Origin: Flaccisagitta enflata
Taxonomy: Eukaryota
DNA: 64,000 nucleotides
Direction of reading: 5' to 3'
Assembly (NCBI GenBank): GCA_965153355.1
Contig: OZ231126.1
Coordinates: 45,012,001 to 45,076,000, forward strand
Shown: one piece after another, positions 55,088 to 64,000 of the stretch
Numbering within the stretch: position 1 is the first letter of the stretch
Layout of the letters: each line of letters begins with the position of its first letter
Translations under genes and position numbers: made by a program
The notes under the pieces: model-generated
What the model saw: the letters and a program-made list of their open reading frames with translations, nothing else
Told to the model about the DNA's origin: nothing
Database searches by the model: none

Positions 55088-55609
55088 CCAGTCATCCAAG
55101 GATCGCACATGGTCAGCGGTACCCAAAGCCCTGCTGGGAGTGATCCAGTAAAGAAGTGGAGTGAGAGAAGGGCAGCGGCCCCAAAAGGCCAATGTCCTGT
55201 AGGACACAGGAGCAAAAATTATGTACGTCCTTTTGTCCTGGAAGTGCAATTTTGGAGCTTTTTGAGCAATTTTCTATGATATTCAATGGGAGTTTAGCAT
55301 TGACTTAATTTCTTGTTATTCATTAGGAATTTCATGAAGTTCATGTCAATTTGCTAAATTATCCAATTGGAATTTCGCATGTTTTCGTTTTTTGCTAATT
55401 CTCCATCTTATTCAATGGGAAATTGGCATTTTTTTACTTTTTTGTAGATTTTCCATATTCTTCAATGATAAGTTTGCGTTTTGTCAATTGCCCATGTTAT
55501 TCAATGAGCAGCTTTGGGGGGGATGCATGGATGGACGGACGGACAGTAGGACATACATAATTTTTGCCCCTGTGTCCTACAGGACATCGGCCCTTTGAGG
55601 CCGCTGCCC
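55088..55609 (-). mobile_element. Family-B element with AT-rich cargo
   Basis: Same termini as 32156-32728 (ATCCAAGGATCGCACATGGTCAGCGGTACC; GGCCGCTGCCC-AAAAA), but the interior consists of TTCAATG/AATTT-type repeats. Confidence 0.8.
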
Positions 55610-55670
55610 AAAAAGGATATCTTTCCTCTCCATTTCCCTGAGAGCTCGATGAAAATCGTTCCTCCCTGAT

Positions 55671-55918
55671 TTAAAATCTGTTAGCGGTAATCCTCCTCGG
55701 CCCTTGCGCGTAAGGATCCTCCTCCTCGATGTAAAAAGGGTTCCTGACTCTTCTGAGGTCGGCTTCGTTCCGACGAGCGACTTCGCGATAAACCGGATTC
55801 TGTGGCGGTTGTGGACGCGGAATCGTCGCGAAGGCGGCGATCGAAGACGCCGAAGGACGAAGAGTGAAGTTCTCGTCGGCCTCAGTCTCGGGAACGTTTT
55901 TCAATCGAAGTTGGAGTC
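55671..55918 (-). CDS. Putative terminal exon (cytoplasmic tail) of the PCDH15/Cad99C-like cadherin
   Basis: Pyrimidine-rich acceptor CACTCAG| phase 1 matches the upstream donor; an alternative in-frame acceptor lies at 56008. GC-rich frame with NPVY and NPFY; ends TANRF-TAA. Confidence 0.65.
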
Positions 55919-56186
55919 CTGAGTGGTGACATGGAGAGGGAAGGGAGGGGAAGGAGGGAGGGCATGGGTGTCGAGATGATGAATGAGCTATCTTGATGAG
56001 GATCACTGCTACAAAGTGAAGAAGAATCTAAGGAAGAAGGAAAAGAAGAAGAAGTAGAAGAAGACGAAGAAGAAGACGAAGAAGAAGAAGACGAAGGAGA
56101 GGTAGAGGAAGAAGAAGAAGACGAAGGAGAGGTAGAGGAAGAAGAAGAAGAAGAAGAAGAAGAAGAAGAAGAAGAAGAAGAAGAAG

Positions 56187-56219
<33 letters not shown>

Positions 56220-56326
56220 AAAATTCTGACATAAGCTAGTAAATCAACAAAAAAAAAAAGCTGGTGTCCACAGATCCTCTTTTGAAAAAGAGAAGTTCTT
56301 TGGTGACTTGTCGTTAGTGCACACTT

Positions 56327-57460
<1,134 letters not shown>

Positions 57461-57463
57461 TAC

Positions 57464-57614
57464 CATTATCTTTGTAGAATGGCGGGAGAAAATTGGCGTT
57501 CTGTGCGTAGTAATTGAGAAGTCTTTTCTTGTGTTGGTTGTATCCGCGGTAATTCCTACAAACTGCGATGACGCCAATCATTGCGATGAATGCGATGGCA
57601 CCTGCTAGCCCAGC
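57464..57614 (-). CDS. Transmembrane exon of the PCDH15/Cad99C-like cadherin
   Basis: Acceptor TTTGTTTCTAG| phase 0; encodes AGLAGAIAFIAMIGVIAVC-RNYRGYNQHKKR..; donor G|GTAGTT phase 1. Confidence 0.85.
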
Positions 57615-57806
57615 CTAGAAACAAATTAAAAGGAATTAATGTCAGACAAAAACGCCTTTCGGACTCCTAGACTTCTACAAGACCACAACGCATCATCGTA
57701 GTAACAGAGATGATTCAACTTTGCTTGAATGAACGGATTTTTGCTTTAGGCACGTGATATCAGAATAGAATCTAATCGACAGACAACAAGTCTTGTCAAC
57801 ATTTTT

Positions 57807-57989
57807 AGTCGCGTGCACGCGACATAACAACCCGCTTTGTCCGTCGGTCGGTCAGTTGGTCGATTGGTCACACTTTACTTTTTTATGATTTTTTTTTCTG
57901 ACCTCACTGCTCCTGCCCAAATGGTCTGCTGACCTCAAATATGGCCCGCCCACCCAAACGCGACTTCGGTAGCCGTGTATCCGGCCTTG
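57807..57989 (+). mobile_element. Intronic HINE-like subfamily A element
   Basis: TTTTT-AGTCGCGTGCACGCGAC head; ACGCGACTTCGGTAGCCGTGTATCCGGCCTTG-TT end. Confidence 0.85.
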
Positions 57990-58035
57990 TTTCAAAACAA
58001 TCACAGTTTTTGATACACCATGATATTTTTTTTAC

Positions 58036-61000
58036 CATGATAGGCCACGTAATTTCCCCATTATCCGGTGGCTCCGGCATTGGTACTCCCGCCACAACGG
58101 GTTTCTTGACCATCGCTTGTTCCTCGGGTTGACTTCCGGCATAACGCTCCAAGATACTTCTGGCGCCGTCGTCAGACAAGGCGCCCAAAATATCCGCCGA
58201 TTCCAACAAGTCCTCCGTGTCGGGATTCACCACGTAAAACTGAACATCCGTCGCCGTCTTGTCCACGATCATCTCCGCGTTGGTGTTGGATGTCGATCGT
58301 CTTTTGCGCTTTTTGACGTCCGTGGCTGTGCTGTATCTTCTGTATCTCATCCATTCGATTCCGACCAATTTGTTCAACCTGGATTCCATATCTTTGATCA
58401 AGTCGTCTTTGAATAGTTTCACTTCTTGCGGGGTTTTACCAAAGACCGTCACGACGGCTCTTTCTTTGTTCTCCAACAAGACGACGATCAACTCCGCGGT
58501 GGTTGACAACGAAGCTGACGAGCCTGCGGGAGGATTATCAAACGCTTCCACGTTCATTTTGAATTCCTTCGCCTCGTCGGTAAATTCCTTTTTCGTGTAC
58601 AGATCTCCCGTATCTTCGTCCAACTCGAAAAAGTCGGTTTTAGCGTCATTTGTGGTGAATCTGTATTTAACGACTCCGTTTTCACCGGCATCATCATCGC
58701 GCGCCTTTAGAGAGAAGATCTTTGTAAAGGGCGGCACTTTTTTGTCAACGGCGACCATAAATCGACCTCTGAGCAATTCCGGTCTCGATGGTGAATGATT
58801 GATGAAGATTGGCTTGAAATCATTCACGTCGACAATATGCATCCTCAATGTGGTTTTGGAAAACTCATCCAACGCGCGTTTCTTGCGATTGGAATTCCGG
58901 ACAATCGGTCTGTCTTCGCTGACGCCAATTTCCAGTTCAAATTCCCCGTCTGCTTCTCTGTCCAAAACCTTGCGCAATTTCAATAAACACGCATTTTCCG
59001 CGCTCGTTTCTAAATAGAAATAATCACGATCGTTGCCTTGGATAAATGAACAAACGAGTTTGTTGTCGGGTGTCACGGGTCGGTTTAAGATATCGAGCCT
59101 CAGCAGCGTTTCCCCAACCGCGGCATCTTCCTTGATGTCCACTTTGTCATAAGCTTTTGGGAATGATGGCAGCCTCGAGGCGGATCTGGAGACTTGAATG
59201 ATGACGGTGGTGGCGCCATTTCTGGGAGGGACGCCATTGTCTCTAGCCATCACTTTGAGACTGAATTCTAACTCACCAGTGCCAGTCAGTGGCTGCTTTA
59301 TGTACACGACCCCTGTTTTGGGGTCTATCTGGAAAAATTCAAGGCCAGTATGAGGATTGGACTCTCGGATGTAATAGATGATTTCCGAATTTGGGCCTGA
59401 GGCATCGTTATCCGTGGCTTTGACAGTGGCCAGAGGAGTGGCGTAGCCTACTTTTTCATCCACTTGCTTTATATAGAGGTTGTTTTCAAAGGTTGGTGAG
59501 TAATCATTTCTGATTACTGTCACAATTACTTTGGAACTGGTGCTCTTGGGAGGATTTCCTCTATCAGTTGCTTTGACTAAGATATGGTAGACTGTTAACT
59601 TTTGTGGATCCGCTGCCAGCGAACTGGCAAGCAGGATTTGGCCCGTGTCTGGATGGATGTAAAAGTATGAAGGAGCTGTGCCTTCACCCACGATGCTGTA
59701 AAATATCTGTCCACTTTTGCCACCATCTGGGTCAGTAGCTACGACCTTTTCCACAGGCGTCTTTAGTGGATCATGCTCATTGAGAACTGCAGTGTAAGGA
59801 TTTTTTGGTATGACTGGTGGATTGATATTTCGGTTCACATAGATCTGAAGAACATTTTCTGTACTTTTAGGTACATCTGCGTGATCTGTTGCTTTTATTC
59901 TAACATTATAAATGGTAGCATCATCGACCTTAAGATTTTGTTTCACAGAAATTCTTCCTGTATCGTTAGTAATTTGGAAGAAATCAGGTGCATTTCCATC
60001 ACCAGAGATGCTGTAGTGAACTTTTTGGTTGTCATCATCAACTGTGGTGATGGCTGTTATATACTGATCTACTTTATGGGTTTCTTTGATATCCACTGGT
60101 GGAAGATACGGTGGTTCAAAGCGAGGGGGGTTCAAATTTCTGTAAACATTTACATAACATGTAACTGAGGCTGAAAGAGGAGGGTCTCCTCTATCAGCCG
60201 CGACTAATATCAACTGATAGTAACTCTGGGAATCTCTGGTGAGTGAATTTTTCACCATGATTTCCGCCGACTCTTGATTTGCATAGAAATACTGTAATGT
60301 GTTTTGATTTCCTTTCATTGAATATCTCAGTTGCCCAGAATCACCTTTGTCTGGATCAAAGGCTGGCAATGTGAAGATGACATCGCCAATTGTTGTTGCC
60401 TCAGAAATTGTTGTTTGAAGATCAGGCGAAGTTTGACGAAATTTAGGTTGATTTAAATTTCTTATGACTCTAATTGTGAGCAAAGCAGTTGTCATCCGAC
60501 TCAAATCTCCACTGTCATAGGCCTTTACAAAAAGAATGTAAGATATAACATCTTCCAATTCCACTGATTTTTGAAGAGCAACTTGACCCGTCAATTCATT
60601 GATTTTGAAAAAAGGCAGAGCCTCAGGTGTGCCAACTAATTCATACTTGACGATACCTTTTGCATAATTATCATCAGCGTTGATGGAAATAACGACCGTT
60701 CCAATTCCAGCTTCCTGAGGAAGATCGGCTCTGTAAGAAGCAGGATTGACATTGAAGATGGGTCCATCAGTGACTTCAAACAGAGTCACTTGCATCTCCG
60801 TGGTCGTTGTACGAGGTGGATTATCATTGTCATTGGCTTCAATGGCCAAAGTAAACTGTTTATTGCCGAGATTTTTCAAAATTCCTTTGACTCTTACGAT
60901 GCCAGTGTATGGCTCGATGAAAAAGAGCCGCTTCACTTCATCAGAATTTCTTGGAGCCAGACTATAAGTGATGTCAGTATCAAGGGTATCAATGTCCGTC

Positions 61001-63148
61001 GCTCTCACTTTTCCGACCTCCTTTCCAGGTGAGTTATACTCGTATGCAATTCCTCTGTACGGAGCATTGATAAATGAGGGCGCCAAATCGTTTTTGTTCA
61101 TGACACTTATTTTGACCGTGGCCGTGGCGGTGAAGGCGGGATTTTCCCGCATCCCAACATAGAGGAAAAACACGGTCTGTCCACTTTCATAGTCTAAACT
61201 CTTTTTAGCCGTGATGACTCCCGTGAAACTGTCGATTTGAAATGTGTCGGTGGGTCCAGAGGCGATCTGATAAGTGATTTGTCTTCTCGTATCGGCATCC
61301 ACGGCCTCAACCGTGACAATATCCACGGTTCCAGGCGCCGTGTTTTCTGGCAGCTCTCCATTATATTGCAATTGGACAAAATTTGGGGGCGTGTCTTCTT
61401 TGTCCCTGACCTGAATTGTGACTGAGGCGGTTGTTAAGCGGTACATACTCCCTTCATCTCTCGCACTAACGGTAAACGTGAAACTTTTCTCCATCTCATA
61501 ATCGAGAGCTCTCGTGGTGTAAATGCGACCTGACGCCGAGATGGAAAATGGCACTTTTTCATCAAAGCTGTAAACTACATTGCCATTGGCTCCCGTATCT
61601 AGATCAGTGGCGACGGTTTGTCCCACCCAAGTATTTGAGGGCTCTCCCTCATTCACAAAGAACGAATAATTTTGCATGGAAAATATCGGACTGTTATCAT
61701 TTACGTCAGTCACGCGAATCGTGAGTCCCATTTGCGCGTCCATTTTACCATCAGTGACTTTGATGTCGAGATTATGAACTCTTTTCGTTTCGTAATCCAA
61801 TTCTTTGGCTAATATCACCAATCCTTTAGAACTGATAATGAAAAGATTGTTGGAATTGCCATTAATGATGGAATAAGTAAGATTGTTGTTGACGTCTGGA
61901 TCAAAAGCGGATGCGTTGTAAATGACATTGCCAGGTGGAAATGTCTCTGAAACGGACCATTGAGCATCCAACATGCGGAAAGATGGTCCTATGTTGAAAG
62001 CCTCCACGAACGTCACATCCACCACGCAATGGTCCATCATCCCCCCACCATCCATGGCAGTAACTGACAACGTGTAGCTATCACCTCTGTTGGTTGGAGC
62101 GATGACGCAAATGGCGCCAGTCTCCGGATCGATTTTGAATTTGCTTCCGCCACCTGAAGTCACAGATTCAATGGCATACGTAACATTGCTGTGAGGATGA
62201 TTCGGCTTGTCTGCGTCATTGGCTTGGACTCGCAAGATTTCCCTCTCCCTCCCACTCCTGCTTTCTGGGAACCTCCTCGTGTAAGTGTTGGACTGGAAAA
62301 CCGGTGGGAATTCATTGACGGGTATTAGATTAATTTCCACCTGTTTCCTCGTTTCTTTGAAAGTATTTCTTTCCCTAGCCGTTGCAATAAGAATGATTGG
62401 CGTCTCGATTGCCTCAAAATTAAGCAAAGATTTTGCGGCTTCATTTCTCACTTTAATGAAACCATCGGACGTCATTTCAAAGAAAGAAGATCCCGTCAAA
62501 GTGTACTCGATAACCGTTTCATCATCGAACGCTTCATTATCCGGATCAATGGCCCAAACTCTGAGCAGCTCATCCGACCCGACTTTTGTGACATAGACAT
62601 CCTCGGGATTTTCCACGATCTCTCCTTCATAAGGTAACATTTGAAATTCGGGCGCTTTAGTATCAATGGGTGTCACGATGATATTCATTATAGCGTAAGC
62701 CTTTCTCTGGAAGATATCTTGTTCTCTCGCCTCGACGATCAAAGAGTAATAATCGGTATTGCCCATATCCGACCAACGAATCGGCTTCTTCTGACTCAGG
62801 GCTCCGCTGTTCTCATCCATGGAGAAGAAATCCGGCCAGTTACTGGGTTCTCCCGTTACGATTCGGTAATTGGAGGGTTTTCTTCTCCCGGCTCCTTGAT
62901 CCAGATCCTGGGCCCTGACGAATCCGATGGCCGCCGAATTGGGCGTGTTCCTCGAGATGGTGATGCGGTATTCCGGGTCCACGCAGACGTCTCCGACTTG
63001 TTGGCCGCAGTTGAGGATGGTGTTGGTCTGCAGGAAGTTGGGCCCGCGATCGTCGCCGTCCGTGATGCTGACGGTTAAGGAGGTGGTGGCGCTGAGGCGA
63101 TTCTCGACTCTGTTGGCAGTGTCCGCCGCGACAACCACCAAGATGTAA
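58036..63148 (-). CDS. 5113-bp exon of a PCDH15/Cad99C-like cadherin: 14 complete EC repeats plus membrane-adjacent domain
   Basis: Acceptor CCATCTCAG| phase 2, donor ATG|GTAAAA phase 0. Cadherin motifs LDYE/LDRE, DxD and DVNDNSP. TTSLTVSITDGDDRGPNF..C..C resembles the PCDH15 EC2-3 junction (TLTVDVLDGDDLGPMF..C..C). TDVQFYVVNPDT resembles PCDH15 MAD12. Confidence 0.9.
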
Positions 63149-63181
63149 CTGAGATGGATAGGGAAGAATGTTACTGTTTTT

Positions 63182-63909
<728 letters not shown>

Positions 63910-63919
63910 ATCCACTTAC

Positions 63920-64000
63920 TATTTTTGCGAAGCCGGCATCGTATCGTAATCAAGATGTCGTTTGATTCTGACGATGGCGGATTCGGGCGAAGTCAACTCG
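63920..64000 (-). CDS. Upstream cadherin exon (partial; EC2 LDYD motif)
   Basis: Reads ELTSPESAIVRIKRHLDYDTMPASQK. Perfect donor TA|GTAAGT phase 2 joins the 63148 acceptor to give ..QKYYILVVVAAD. Confidence 0.85.

Noticed and set aside
57904..58035. C-terminal tail and poly-T N-terminus (63149-63324) of the 1806-aa ORF
   Set aside because: These lie beyond the splice sites: read-through into intron, HINE and (GTT)n sequence.

Overview
Repeat-rich, intron-containing invertebrate (metazoan) genomic DNA, not prokaryotic. No rRNA, tRNA, CRISPR or transposase/RT gene was recognised. Three gene loci are supported. (1) The intronless 3' end of a SAMD9-family-like gene (+, <2-1168) with one in-frame TAA. 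(2) A spliced SPOP/roadkill-like BTB-BACK gene (+, ~27.2-29.0 kb), probably pseudogenised by a premature TAA in the BACK helix. (3) The 3' four exons of a PCDH15/Cad99C-like cadherin (-, 64000-55671), with a 5.1-kb exon that appears to give 16 rather than 11 EC repeats; five of these are a CpG-poor block with non-canonical linkers. The rest is a dense, often nested set of non-autonomous transposons. These include Helentron/DINE-1-like (HINE) families whose terminal hairpins and sub-terminal inverted repeats co-vary and which carry interchangeable minisatellite cargo, TA-flanked and TTAA-flanked foldback MITEs, local tandem repeats and very long microsatellites. Most ORFs in the supplied track are artefacts of these repeats. 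All family assignments come from motif recognition by eye, not database searches.
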